NCBI GenBank assembly: GCA_964418775.1
Contig: CAYQNA010000002.1
Coordinates: 22,181-86,180, forward strand
Length of the DNA: 64,000 nt
Direction of reading: 5' to 3'
Source: an uncultured Gammaproteobacteria bacterium
GTDB taxonomy: Bacteria; Patescibacteriota; Patescibacteriia; Magasanikbacterales; UBA922
Of the stretch, positions 51,444 through 60,944 are shown one piece after another. The position numbers and the translations under genes were made by a program. Each line of letters starts with the position of its first letter. The first letter of the stretch is position 1. The notes under the pieces are model-generated. The model was not told the origin of the DNA, did no database searches, and worked only from the letters and a program-made list of their open reading frames with translations.

Positions 51444-53444
51444 CTAAATACCAGCATCAGGAGAAAGAACAATAATGTCACTTTGACCATTAAAATCAAC
51501 GTCTGCGGCGCGCACTACCGCACCATTTTTACGCGTAGTTTTGTATGCAGTGAATTCTTTACCTTGCTGATTCCCCTCTTCATTAAACGTGCGCACAAGC
51601 GGGCCCTTACCTACACCGGCACCAACAATAATTTCCGCGCGACCATTACCATCCACATCACCAGCCGCGACATTTACGCCGCCACGGAATGCTTTTTCAA
51701 AAGCCAAAAAATTGCGCACCGTGGCTTGCGCGGCCGTAAACACATACACGCGCGGTTCAGCACCCGGACCCGCACCCACAATCAAACGCGTTTCGCCTTT
51801 AGCGCCAGTTTTCGCGACTGCAAGTGTGAAACCATTTTTGTATTTTTTACCAAGTGGATACCAATCATCGCGCATGGGATTACCATCCAAATCATAATAT
51901 TTGAGCGGCAAAACATCTTTGCTTGGCGCCACCATAATTTCAGCCTTATCGTCGCCATTAATATCAGCGGTCACAACATTGAGCGTGCCAGTGTATTTAA
52001 AACCATAAGGTGCAATGGTAAATAATGGCTGGCCATCGTCGCGCCACGCCAAGATTTGGTTGCCGCTTACAATCAGTAAATCACGCTGGCCATTACCATT
52101 TAAATCTTGGTGTAAAATTTGTTCACCACCCCGATACCCGTCTTCATAAATAAAAAAGCCGTTGCGCACGCGACCACCATCAGCGCGGAAAAAACGGATA
52201 AAGCCACCGTTGGTGAACAATAAGTCAGATAACGTCGAGACAGTTTTTAATAACAACGCACCATCATAACCACCGAGCCAGGTCTCGGACACAATTGCAC
52301 CAGAATTAACGTTTGGGTCTTGAGTGCCGCGAATTTTTTCATACTCACCGCCAAGTGAAACGTTTTGACCAAGCGGAGTGCTGTTTACAATGGCGACACC
52401 GCGCGCAAAGTCGCGACGCCATACATCTGGTTGATAGTGTGCGGAATTATTAAGTGCATACGAGTCACCAGCTGGGTCGCCGAGGCGCACACCATATTCA
52501 TCGTACTGCCAGGTCTGCCCGTGGTCTTGGTCGCCATGGTCATATGAATAATACCCATCCTCGAGCAACGTGCTCGCGAGACCAAAACGCATTTGCTGGT
52601 AATTTGTACTGCCGCCAACATTGTTGGTATTGGCATTAATAAACATAGTTTGGCCAGCCTTTTGATTGGCACGATATGTGGCCATGGTCTGCGACCACGA
52701 GGCTGGTTGGAAATTTTCAAGCAGTGTTCCGTCTAATTCTTGTTGATACGCGCGCGTGGTACCATTGCCAACTAAAATCGCCCTTGGCGCAATTTGGCGC
52801 GTTGTGCGGTAAATTGAGCGCATGCCGTCGCGCCACGCTGCATCAAGATTACTATCAACTGAGCCATCGCCATTTAAATCAATATTAGAGCCTGCAAAAT
52901 ACGTAATATTATCCCACGCATTATCATAAAAAACACCGTCCCACAAATTCGTGCTGAGAATTTTGGTGGTCACAAAATTGACCAAATAATCAGTCCAGCG
53001 TTGACCACCAACTACAGGCGCTTGCGGTGTCACATTTAACAGATACGTACCCGGCCACCAACTAAGGCGCTGACCACTGGAATTATGCAAATACCATTGC
53101 TCGGGAATGCCGGCCGCAAGTTGACTGCGCAGCGGACTGTAACCACCCGGCGCATCTTTACGAATTTCTTGCGGCGTAATGTACGCCAAAATAATAATGT
53201 CTGGATTAATTGTGCGCATCAATCTCAACAACTCAGGCGCACGCACCTGCATGTCCATATCCATGACCACAACCGGCCACTTGGCGAGCTCACGCGCATT
53301 TGGTTCATTCAATTCCCAACGCAAATAAAAATTCACCGTGCGCGGAAAATCACGGTTAAGGCGCGTCGAAGCCGCACTAACAAAACCAGGCAGACACAGC
53401 CCAGCAATGACGAACGGAATAATTTTTTTAAACCAACGATTCAT
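51444..53444 (-). CDS. Secreted putative glycoside hydrolase (TIM-barrel) with FG-GAP repeats
   Basis: Signal peptide, WDGVFYDN, MRFGLASTLLEDGY, VWRRDF; ADINGD and GDVDGNGRAEII repeats; likely start MNRWFKK. Confidence 0.72.
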   Translation of the reverse strand: MNRWFKKIIPFVIAGLCLPGFVSAASTRLNRDFPRTVNFYLRWELNEPNARELAKWPVVVMDMDMQVRAPELLRLMRTINPDIIILAYITPQEIRKDAPGGYSPLRSQLAAGIPEQWYLHNSSGQRLSWWPGTYLLNVTPQAPVVGGQRWTDYLVNFVTTKILSTNLWDGVFYDNAWDNITYFAGSNIDLNGDGSVDSNLDAAWRDGMRSIYRTTRQIAPRAILVGNGTTRAYQQELDGTLLENFQPASWSQTMATYRANQKAGQTMFINANTNNVGGSTNYQQMRFGLASTLLEDGYYSYDHGDQDHGQTWQYDEYGVRLGDPAGDSYALNNSAHYQPDVWRRDFARGVAIVNSTPLGQNVSLGGEYEKIRGTQDPNVNSGAIVSETWLGGYDGALLLKTVSTLSDLLFTNGGFIRFFRADGGRVRNGFFIYEDGYRGGEQILHQDLNGNGQRDLLIVSGNQILAWRDDGQPLFTIAPYGFKYTGTLNVVTADINGDDKAEIMVAPSKDVLPLKYYDLDGNPMRDDWYPLGKKYKNGFTLAVAKTGAKGETRLIVGAGPGAEPRVYVFTAAQATVRNFLAFEKAFRGGVNVAAGDVDGNGRAEIIVGAGVGKGPLVRTFNEEGNQQGKEFTAYKTTRKNGAVVRAADVDFNGQSDIIVLSPDAGI

Positions 53445-54642
53445 ATAAACCAACAATGGCGGCCAAATGTTTGTGTGGGTCATTAACATACTCGACTTGG
53501 CGTCGCAGACCCAAGCCTACCTCGTGGCGGGCAGCGAGCGGGGCATTATACCAGCGCTGGACCAATTGCGCCAGCTGGGTTGACTCCCCTGGTTTAAAAA
53601 GCAATTCATCGGGCAAAAGTTCGGGCAGGCCGCCAATACGGCTCGCAATCATAATCTTGCCCATGGCCTTGGCTTCGAGCACACTAATTGGGTAATTTTC
53701 ATACCAAACGGCCGGGAGCACGAGCAAACGCGCCTGGGCCACGAGCTGGCGCAGTTCCGGACCAGTTCTAAAACCGCAAAACTCAACGTTTGGAAGGTCG
53801 GCGGCCAAAGCTTTTAATTCAGCTTCTTGCTCGCCAGTACCAATTAATTTGTAGTGAATCGCGGGCGTTAAGCGCGCAGCCTCAACCAATACTTTCAGGC
53901 CTTTTTCTTCGGACAAACGGCCAATATACGCTACATAACCCGCATCATCCGGCGCCAAATTCCACGTGCGCGCATCAATTGGATTGGGAATTTGCACAAA
54001 CTTATCGCGCGGCTGGCCCAGGCGCACACACGTATCAAGCATGAATTGGCTGGGCGCAATAAATTTGTTGACCCCGCGTTCATAATATTTTTTAAATTTG
54101 TGGTGCCAAATCATTTCCGCTGTCACCAGCGTACTTTGCGCGCGACTATTTTTAAAACACTTATTTTTTATACACGTTAAATACCACCCGCGCGCGTCTT
54201 CTTCGTGCACCGCGCCATGATGATACATCGGATAATTCGGGCACACCAATTTGTAATCATGCAAGGTCATGACGACCGGAATGTTGCGCGCTTTGAATAC
54301 AGGCAAAATTGACGGCGTAATGTGGTGATAAATATTATGCAAATGCACCACGTCAATTTTTTCTTGGTCCAATAGTTTAGTAATTTTTTCGCGCGCTTCG
54401 TGCGAATAAATAAAGCGGCCGGCATACCGAATTTTATTACCCAAACTAACACGCGACGGGTCATTCAAATCCATTTCGCGCACAAAAAAAGGGCTGTATG
54501 GCGAGGGCATGGCTTGCGGATGCTGCATGCTAAATGGAATCACCGTGTGGCCAGCTTTAGTCAGAGCAGCCGATAAATCCCACGCATAATTAGACGCACC
54601 GTCGCGGTACCAAAAATATTTATGCACTTGAAGTATGCGCAT
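53428..54642 (-). CDS. GT4 glycosyltransferase
   Basis: HLHNIYH, TLHDYKLVCP, GRLSEEKG, YENYPISVLEA. Confidence 0.9.
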   Translation of the reverse strand: MRILQVHKYFWYRDGASNYAWDLSAALTKAGHTVIPFSMQHPQAMPSPYSPFFVREMDLNDPSRVSLGNKIRYAGRFIYSHEAREKITKLLDQEKIDVVHLHNIYHHITPSILPVFKARNIPVVMTLHDYKLVCPNYPMYHHGAVHEEDARGWYLTCIKNKCFKNSRAQSTLVTAEMIWHHKFKKYYERGVNKFIAPSQFMLDTCVRLGQPRDKFVQIPNPIDARTWNLAPDDAGYVAYIGRLSEEKGLKVLVEAARLTPAIHYKLIGTGEQEAELKALAADLPNVEFCGFRTGPELRQLVAQARLLVLPAVWYENYPISVLEAKAMGKIMIASRIGGLPELLPDELLFKPGESTQLAQLVQRWYNAPLAARHEVGLGLRRQVEYVNDPHKHLAAIVGLYESLV

Positions 54643-54643
54643 A

Positions 54644-55702
54644 TTAGGCCAGGGTGCGATACAATTGTTCGTACGCGCGCGTCATCACACGAATATCAAA
54701 AGCGGCTTCGGCATGCACGCGCGCCTCGGCGGCCACAGACAGCGCTTCTTCGGGGTATTCCAAAACATGTTCAATCGCGTGGCGGAGCGCAGTTGGGTCA
54801 TTGGGCTCCACCAAATAGCCAGTTTGTTCATCACTAATAAACTCCGGCAAACCGCCCGTGCGTGACGCAATTACCACACGGCCAGCAGCCATGGCTTCGC
54901 GCGCCACAATCCCCAACCCTTCCCACAGCGATGGCATAATTAACATATCGTGTTCAGAGAGCAATTTCGGCACATCATGCGTGGCACTGACCAAACGCAC
55001 ACGGTCAGCCAGCGCCATGGCATTGGTCATGTGCACAATTTTCTCGCGGTCTTCACCATTACCCGCAATTGTTAAGCGCCAATTATGGTGACGAATTTGC
55101 GACAAAGCCCGCAGTGCAATTACTTGACCTTTTTGCACAGTCAAACGGCCGAGTAATAAAATTTTTAAGGGCGAACCAAAAGCTGGCGACGTTACATTGG
55201 CAAATCGCGTTAGGTCCACGCCAGTCGGAATAATTTCCGCTTTAGTAATTCCATATGTGTGGCGCATAAAATCCGCAATCGCTTGCGATAATGCCACATG
55301 CACCTGACTCTTGTTGCGCAGCACACGCTTCACCAGATTGTGTGCCCAACTTTCACTCACATTAATATTATGCTCAGTTGTAATCACGGGAATATTCAAA
55401 CGACGCGCAGCCAAACGACCCCACACATCACCCCCAAACAAATGCGTGTGCACAATATCTGGTTGCAAAATTTGCAATTGTTTTTTAATCCGATTAATCA
55501 AACCAATATCCAGCTTACCTTTTTTCGGCACCACAAACACTGGCACATCAGGCGGCAATTCAGCGGCCAGTGGATTATTATCAAACAACGTAATAATTGA
55601 AAACGAAAACTCGTCGCGATTCGCATGGCGAATTAATTCCACCACCATTTTCTCGGCCCCGCCAAATGGCAGTGCCGGTAAAATATGAACAATATGACGC
55701 AT
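54644..55702 (-). CDS. GT4 glycosyltransferase
   Basis: GGAEKM, GRLTVQKG, WEGLGIVAREA; likely start MRHIVH at 55702. Confidence 0.9.
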   Translation of the reverse strand: MRHIVHILPALPFGGAEKMVVELIRHANRDEFSFSIITLFDNNPLAAELPPDVPVFVVPKKGKLDIGLINRIKKQLQILQPDIVHTHLFGGDVWGRLAARRLNIPVITTEHNINVSESWAHNLVKRVLRNKSQVHVALSQAIADFMRHTYGITKAEIIPTGVDLTRFANVTSPAFGSPLKILLLGRLTVQKGQVIALRALSQIRHHNWRLTIAGNGEDREKIVHMTNAMALADRVRLVSATHDVPKLLSEHDMLIMPSLWEGLGIVAREAMAAGRVVIASRTGGLPEFISDEQTGYLVEPNDPTALRHAIEHVLEYPEEALSVAAEARVHAEAAFDIRVMTRAYEQLYRTLA

Positions 55703-55703
55703 A

Positions 55704-57110
55704 CTATTTGGTTTGTTTTTTGAGTGCAATTCCGGCCAGCGCCATCCCAATTGGCAACCACAGCACACTATTCAAATACGACGTATTAAATAATTGGAAC
55801 ACCATGGCGCCCGCGCACATACACAAGAGCGCTTGGTAAAACACATCATCGCGCACGCGCTTCCCCACTGCCCACAACACCCAACCCAAAAATCCAACAA
55901 ACGTCACGAGCCCAAACACACCCGTTTCAATCACCATTTTTTGGAGCAAACCATGCGCGTCCAAAGCTTCGCCATATTCAAGTGTGTACACATATGAGTT
56001 CGCGAGGAGTTCCACAAATGTGCCCGGCCCATAGCCAAACCACGGCTTCACACTTGCATATGCCAAGGCAATTTCCGTCACTTCCCAACGTGCGCCCGAC
56101 GAACTCGATACAATGTTAGACGTTAAGAAATAGGCCATGTATCCAATCACGGCCACAGCCGCCGACAGCAACAAAACCTTAGCTTCCGGGGCTAATGATT
56201 TTAATTTCACAATAGCCTCGCGACGATACAACCACAACGCAATCACGACCTGCACACCCAAACTAAGCCAAGCGGCGCGCGACAAGGTTAACAAACAAAT
56301 CGTCACCATAAACCCAATGCCCCACCACAACCATTGCTGTGCCCGGCGACGATAATACCACGCCAACCACACCCCAATCGGAATAATCGCGACCAGCGGC
56401 TCGGCCAATTGATTATGATTCACGCCCAGTGGCGTAAACCCACCAATCGCAAATGGCACAGCGCGCACCCAACCCTGCGGCGGCACCAAAAATAACGACA
56501 CCAAACCATACACACTAATTGCCACACCCACGCCAAACCACACCTTGGCCACGCGCAACCACGCGGCCGGCGTCGTCACCAATCGCCCCACCATCACCAC
56601 ATACGCCACATACACAAACACATACAAACGCAACCACACATACCACGCACTACTCGTATCATGGTCATACACCAATTGCGCGGACGCTGCAGACAACAGC
56701 AAAAATGCCCCATACCATTGCCAACCAGGCACACGCCACTCACCCCGCTGCCATGCCGGCAAACGCAAGAGCCACGCCACCGCCAAACTCGCGGCCATCA
56801 GCACAGCCAAAAATTCCGCAATCGGCGCATTCAACGTCGCCAAACCAGGCACTTCGCGCGCCCACGCATACACCGAAAAATCAATCATGTAGCCCGTGAA
56901 AAAACTCGTCAGCGCCAGCAGCGACACACCCACCATTGGCCTAAATGCAAACAAACCAACAATCCCTGCCACAGCCAAAACAACCGCCAGCGACGGAATA
57001 AACATGAGCAGCCCCGCATATCCCAACCCCAAGGCCAACACCAGCAGCACCATACTACAACCCCATGGTGCCCGCGGGTTAAAATAAGCTAAAAAATTTG
57101 GAGCGTACAT
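55704..57110 (-). CDS. O-antigen ligase/polymerase-like membrane protein
   Basis: NHNQLA, TLSRAAW, PWFGYGPG, DAHG; many TMs. Confidence 0.85.
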   Translation of the reverse strand: MYAPNFLAYFNPRAPWGCSMVLLVLALGLGYAGLLMFIPSLAVVLAVAGIVGLFAFRPMVGVSLLALTSFFTGYMIDFSVYAWAREVPGLATLNAPIAEFLAVLMAASLAVAWLLRLPAWQRGEWRVPGWQWYGAFLLLSAASAQLVYDHDTSSAWYVWLRLYVFVYVAYVVMVGRLVTTPAAWLRVAKVWFGVGVAISVYGLVSLFLVPPQGWVRAVPFAIGGFTPLGVNHNQLAEPLVAIIPIGVWLAWYYRRRAQQWLWWGIGFMVTICLLTLSRAAWLSLGVQVVIALWLYRREAIVKLKSLAPEAKVLLLSAAVAVIGYMAYFLTSNIVSSSSGARWEVTEIALAYASVKPWFGYGPGTFVELLANSYVYTLEYGEALDAHGLLQKMVIETGVFGLVTFVGFLGWVLWAVGKRVRDDVFYQALLCMCAGAMVFQLFNTSYLNSVLWLPIGMALAGIALKKQTK

Positions 57111-57159
57111 ACGCGAAAATTATGCGCGTAGTATACTAAAAAAATGCGTGCGCAGCAAT

Positions 57160-57191
57160 AAAAAAATCTCCCAATGTTCTTGGGAGATTTT
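57160..57191 (-). terminator. Intrinsic terminator ending cassette 2 transcript
   Basis: AAAAAAATCTCCCAA-TGTTC-TTGGGAGATTTT. Confidence 0.8.
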
Positions 57192-57451
57192 CAATTCAAT
57201 TTCTTGCTGTTCACAGTACCAAATTTGATGCTGTAAATGGCAAGGGGGAGGTTCAGCGAACTTCGACTCCCCTGGCTCAGTCGCTCTCGCGACGAACCCA
57301 GGGAGGAGTTCGAACTGACACTCCCCACTGTTGCCCTCCTTGGCCGCCGGAACGCTCGCGCGCCCGACCGGCGGTTCACCTAGCGGAGTATCTCTCCGTC
57401 ATCCTCGCGAACCCGCGAGGCGAACCGCCGACCAGGAATCTGGTCTGCGGC

Positions 57452-59194
57452 CTAGTTCGTCTCCCCCCACCAGTTGGTCCCGTTGGCCAGCTCGTTGTAG
57501 TCAACCTCGACCGGCATCGTGACGGTCGTCCCGTCCGGGAAGACGAGCTTCATCGTCACGCCGCCGAGCACGAGCCAGTCCGTCGGGCTGGTGTTGAAGC
57601 CCGTGAGCCACGTCATGATGTTGTACTTGCCGTTGATCGGCCGCAGGAGCTTGCCGTTGACCTTGCACCGAAGCCGAGGCTTGGTGGCAGTCGCGGGCGG
57701 GAGCTGGCCGGCGGTGAGCGACTTGCTGTACACCATCTTGACGATGTCACCCGACGTCGGGATGTTCTGGCTGATCTGCGGGTTGTACTCGTCGAACTCG
57801 ATGATCGTCGAGCCCGCCGAGTTTGTGCAGCCGACGTGGAGCTGGGAGATCTCCGCGACGGAGGGGAGGAGGGACCGGAGGATCGACCACTCGGCGAAGT
57901 ACGTAGCGCCCGTGGTGACGGGCGGGATGGTGGTGTGCTCGCAGAGGCCGGTCTGGCCGTTGCAGCTGTCCGCCGTCCCGCCGTCGCCGTCGTCGCAGTT
58001 CTTCGCCGCGTTGACGCACCCCGTAGCCGCGACGCACGTGTCCGTCGAGCAGGCGTCGCCATCGTCGCAGGCGCCGTGGTTCGGGACGTGGGCGCAGCCC
58101 TGGCCGGGGTAGTAGGTGTCGACCGTGCAGGCGACGCCGTCGTTGCACGACGGCTCCGCGTTGCACTGACCCTCGTAGCACCCGTAGGGGCAGACGATCC
58201 CGGCCGAGCCGAGCTGGACGCACTGGTGAGCCTGGCACTGGTAGACGAAGCTGACGAGCGAGTTGCCGTTGCAGGCGTCGGGGACCTCGCAGTCCGTGTC
58301 GACGTCGCACTCCGGGTTCGGCGTGAACACGCAGCTCCCCGTCGCCGGGTTGCAGCTGTCCGTCGTCGTCGAGTCCCCGTCGTTGCACGTCTTGTGCGTG
58401 AACAGGCACCCGCCGATCGCCTCGTTGTACTCGTCCGTCGAGCAGGCGTCGCCATCGTCGCAGTCCGGCTCCTGCACGCAGAGCCCCTCGGAGCAGCCGA
58501 AGCCGCACGCCGGGCCAGCCGCCTTCGGGTCCTCGGCGACGCACGTTCCCGCGATGCAGGCGTAGAGCCGGAACATCGGGGTCGTGCCGTCGCAGAAGAG
58601 GTCCGTCGGACAGCCAGCGTCGGAGACGCACTCGGTCGGCACCGCGGGCGGCGCGTAGCAGATGACCAGCGTCGAGTCCGGATCGATCTCCACCGCGTCG
58701 AGCTTCCCGTTCTTCGGGTTGTTGTCGACACCGCTGAAGAAGACCGTACCGCCGAAGGCGCACTGCTTGAGCGTGGCCGCGACGGCGCCGTTGATGACGG
58801 TGTCGCCCTGCGGTCCCTGCTCGCCGGTCTCACCCTTCTCTCCGTCGGTCCCCGGATCGCCCTTGTCACCCTTCCCGCCGGGCTTGCCCGGCGCTCCGTC
58901 TTCGCCGTCCTTCGCGTCATCGATGCAGAGGCCCTGAGGACCACAGATGAAGCCGGAGGGACAGACGCTCTCGGAGTTGCAGAGGGTGAGGTCGATGCCG
59001 TCCGTCGCGTCGGTGGTGTCGGTCGCGTCGTCCCCCTCGGTGCCGTCCGTGGCATCCGTGGAGTCCGTCGTGTCGGTGTTGACCTGGGCGTCGCCCTTGT
59101 CATCGCCGCCGAGCGCACAGCCGGAGAAGCTTCCCACGATGACGCTCGTGAGCAGGCGGGCCGTGGCCAGCTTCAGGTTCTTCAGGTTCTTCAT
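57452..59194 (-). CDS. High-GC lipoprotein with collagen-like and cysteine-rich repeats
   Basis: Start MKNLKNLK (ATG 59194, GGAG SD), lipobox FSGC, TDSTDATDG linker, GxY run, CAFGG...GVDNN...NGKLDAVE motif, CDDGDACSTD repeats, unique C-terminal domain. Confidence 0.85.
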   Translation of the reverse strand: MKNLKNLKLATARLLTSVIVGSFSGCALGGDDKGDAQVNTDTTDSTDATDGTEGDDATDTTDATDGIDLTLCNSESVCPSGFICGPQGLCIDDAKDGEDGAPGKPGGKGDKGDPGTDGEKGETGEQGPQGDTVINGAVAATLKQCAFGGTVFFSGVDNNPKNGKLDAVEIDPDSTLVICYAPPAVPTECVSDAGCPTDLFCDGTTPMFRLYACIAGTCVAEDPKAAGPACGFGCSEGLCVQEPDCDDGDACSTDEYNEAIGGCLFTHKTCNDGDSTTTDSCNPATGSCVFTPNPECDVDTDCEVPDACNGNSLVSFVYQCQAHQCVQLGSAGIVCPYGCYEGQCNAEPSCNDGVACTVDTYYPGQGCAHVPNHGACDDGDACSTDTCVAATGCVNAAKNCDDGDGGTADSCNGQTGLCEHTTIPPVTTGATYFAEWSILRSLLPSVAEISQLHVGCTNSAGSTIIEFDEYNPQISQNIPTSGDIVKMVYSKSLTAGQLPPATATKPRLRCKVNGKLLRPINGKYNIMTWLTGFNTSPTDWLVLGGVTMKLVFPDGTTVTMPVEVDYNELANGTNWWGETN

Positions 59195-59337
59195 CTTCGC
59201 TCCAACTGCAGGCCGACTCTTGTGTGAGGCCCGCTTCTCGGTGTTGCGGCGAAGGTAGTGTCCCTCCGCCAAATTGCCACGCCATCCCGTTCCCCCGTTC
59301 TCCCCAGCTTGCGCCAGGGCGAGTTAACGGGACGGTA

Positions 59338-59391
59338 TAGTGTGGACAAGAAAGAGTTTTGGCTAATCTAAGCCCTTTCTTATCCACACTA
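59338..59391 (-). repeat. Long hairpin in the 5' UTR of cassette 2
   Basis: TAGTGTGGACAAGAAAG / CTTTCTTATCCACACTA. Confidence 0.8.
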
Positions 59392-59445
59392 AGGCGTGTA
59401 TTTATCTTGTCTTGGGTTGTAAGGAACCCTTTAATTTAACTTGAG

Positions 59446-59474
59446 AGTATACCACTTTTTGTGGGTTTTGTCAA
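59446..59474 (-). promoter_or_regulatory. Promoter of high-GC cassette 2
   Basis: Minus strand TTGACA (59474-59469), 17 bp, TG-extended TATACT (59451-59446). Confidence 0.8.
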
Positions 59475-59704
59475 TAGACTTACCCACTCATCCACAAGCC
59501 AATTTTGACTTAGAGATGAGTGAGGGGAAGCGTTTGACTGCCACCCCCGCCGCTCCGATCGCTGTGCGACCGTCGAACGACGAGGGGAGTTCACGCTCCC
59601 CACACCTCCTTGTGCGCTGCCGGACAAATCCGGACCAGCGCGGCTTCCACCTGAACGCGACGTAAACGCCGCACTCTTAGACCCTGATGGAAAAGGGTCG
59701 CATA

Positions 59705-60688
59705 TCACCAGCCGACTTGGAGCCCGAGCTGGAGCCGGGGCAGGAACAGCCAGTCGGCCGTGTCGAAGGTGTCCCCCTTCTTGTAGGCCTGAACTCCGTA
59801 GAGCTCGACCCCGATCTCGAGGAACTCCTTCATCCAATCGGCCTTCGACCACCACAGCGGCCGGAAGTTGGCCCCGAGACCGAGCCCGTAGAGGAACTCG
59901 TCCGCGTGGTCAACGACCGCGTGGGAGGAGGTTCCCGACTTGAGAGCGAAGGACAAGTCCACCACCCCCAGCCAGGCCCCGATCTGAGCCCCAACGTCCC
60001 AACCGATCGCACGATTACCCGCTTCATTGTCCGCAGTGAGGTATCCGCTGACCCTGGCCACGAGCGAGTCGTTGTGCCAGCTGAAGGTGAGTCCCGTCGA
60101 GGAGATCATGTCGGCGCCGACGAAGTCGAGGCCCGTGCTGATCCGCGCCCCGAAGTGCGAGATGATCGAAACCGGCGCGGGCGAGCCAGCCGGTCCGGCG
60201 ATACCTTGCGGTCCCTGTCCTCCGGGCGCCCCAGCCTCGCCATTGCAGACGTAGTGCGGGTTACCATTCACATCGATCACGCTGATCCCGCCGGCGGGGC
60301 AATTCTCCCCCACCGGCTCCTCCGAGACGATGGGGGTGAAACCATCCATCCCGTCACGACCCTCCTTCGGCTTGGTGCTGCCATACTTACCGCAGACGAT
60401 GCGCTCACCCTTCTTGTTGACGCCCCAGTACCCGGGGCCCTTGGGCTTGCAGCAGAAGGCGTACGTATACGCCTTCGTCTCGCACTTGTCCTCACAGTCC
60501 GCACCAGCGCGGCACTGTTCACCGTCCTCCGGCGAGCTGCTGACCTTCCAGACGCACTTGCCGTCCTGGCAGTGTGCGTTCGGTCCGGCGCAGTCGTTGT
60601 CCGACTTACACTCAGACCTAGGCGGCTTGGCCGCCGCGACACCGGTGACGAGGAGGAACGCGAGCAAAAAGGAACCGAACCGATTCAT
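59705..60688 (-). CDS. High-GC secreted protein: Cys-rich/collagen-like N-terminus plus probable outer-membrane beta-barrel
   Basis: Sec signal, CKSDNDC module, EEPVGENCPAGG...VCNG motif, GxY run, amphipathic strands ending LQLGLQVGW; AGGAGG SD at 60694-60699. Confidence 0.75.
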   Translation of the reverse strand: MNRFGSFLLAFLLVTGVAAAKPPRSECKSDNDCAGPNAHCQDGKCVWKVSSSPEDGEQCRAGADCEDKCETKAYTYAFCCKPKGPGYWGVNKKGERIVCGKYGSTKPKEGRDGMDGFTPIVSEEPVGENCPAGGISVIDVNGNPHYVCNGEAGAPGGQGPQGIAGPAGSPAPVSIISHFGARISTGLDFVGADMISSTGLTFSWHNDSLVARVSGYLTADNEAGNRAIGWDVGAQIGAWLGVVDLSFALKSGTSSHAVVDHADEFLYGLGLGANFRPLWWSKADWMKEFLEIGVELYGVQAYKKGDTFDTADWLFLPRLQLGLQVGW

Positions 60689-60915
60689 GATGCCCTCCTG
60701 GGCATGCCGGCCTAACGCGTCCCACCGCGCTGGTCAGCTCTTGTCTATGCTAGACCCTGAAAAGAACTTGCGCACCCAGGTGGGACCGGGCGCGACTTGA
60801 CCCTTAAGTTTCCTTAAGACGTTCGCCACAGGGGCGAGGTTGAAGCCCAGTAGGAACCAACCTCGTCTCTCTGGTTTAGGTCAACACTACTCCTAACTTA
60901 TTTAAATAACCAAAT

Positions 60916-60944
60916 ATCATATCAAAAAAAGACTATTTTGTCAA
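60916..60944 (-). promoter_or_regulatory. Promoter of high-GC cassette 3
   Basis: Minus strand TTGACA (60944-60939), 17 bp, TATGAT (60921-60916). Confidence 0.78.

Noticed and set aside
51264-52025. 253-aa plus-strand ORF
   Set aside because: Antisense to the hydrolase gene and crosses a terminator; no motif.
59171-59194. 9-bp tandem duplication (KNLKNL) as a phase-variation site
   Set aside because: In-frame and only two copies.
59195-59272. TTG-start extension of the 606-aa ORF
   Set aside because: The signal peptide and SD point to ATG 59194; the extension belongs to the UTR.
59678-59700. Hammerhead ribozyme core (CTGATG..GAAA)
   Set aside because: Lacks CUGANGA and the three-stem layout; it is a simple hairpin loop.
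60709-60885. Integron attC site (GCCTAAC)
   Set aside because: No matching GTTRRRY partner, no integrase, and the cassettes have their own promoters.
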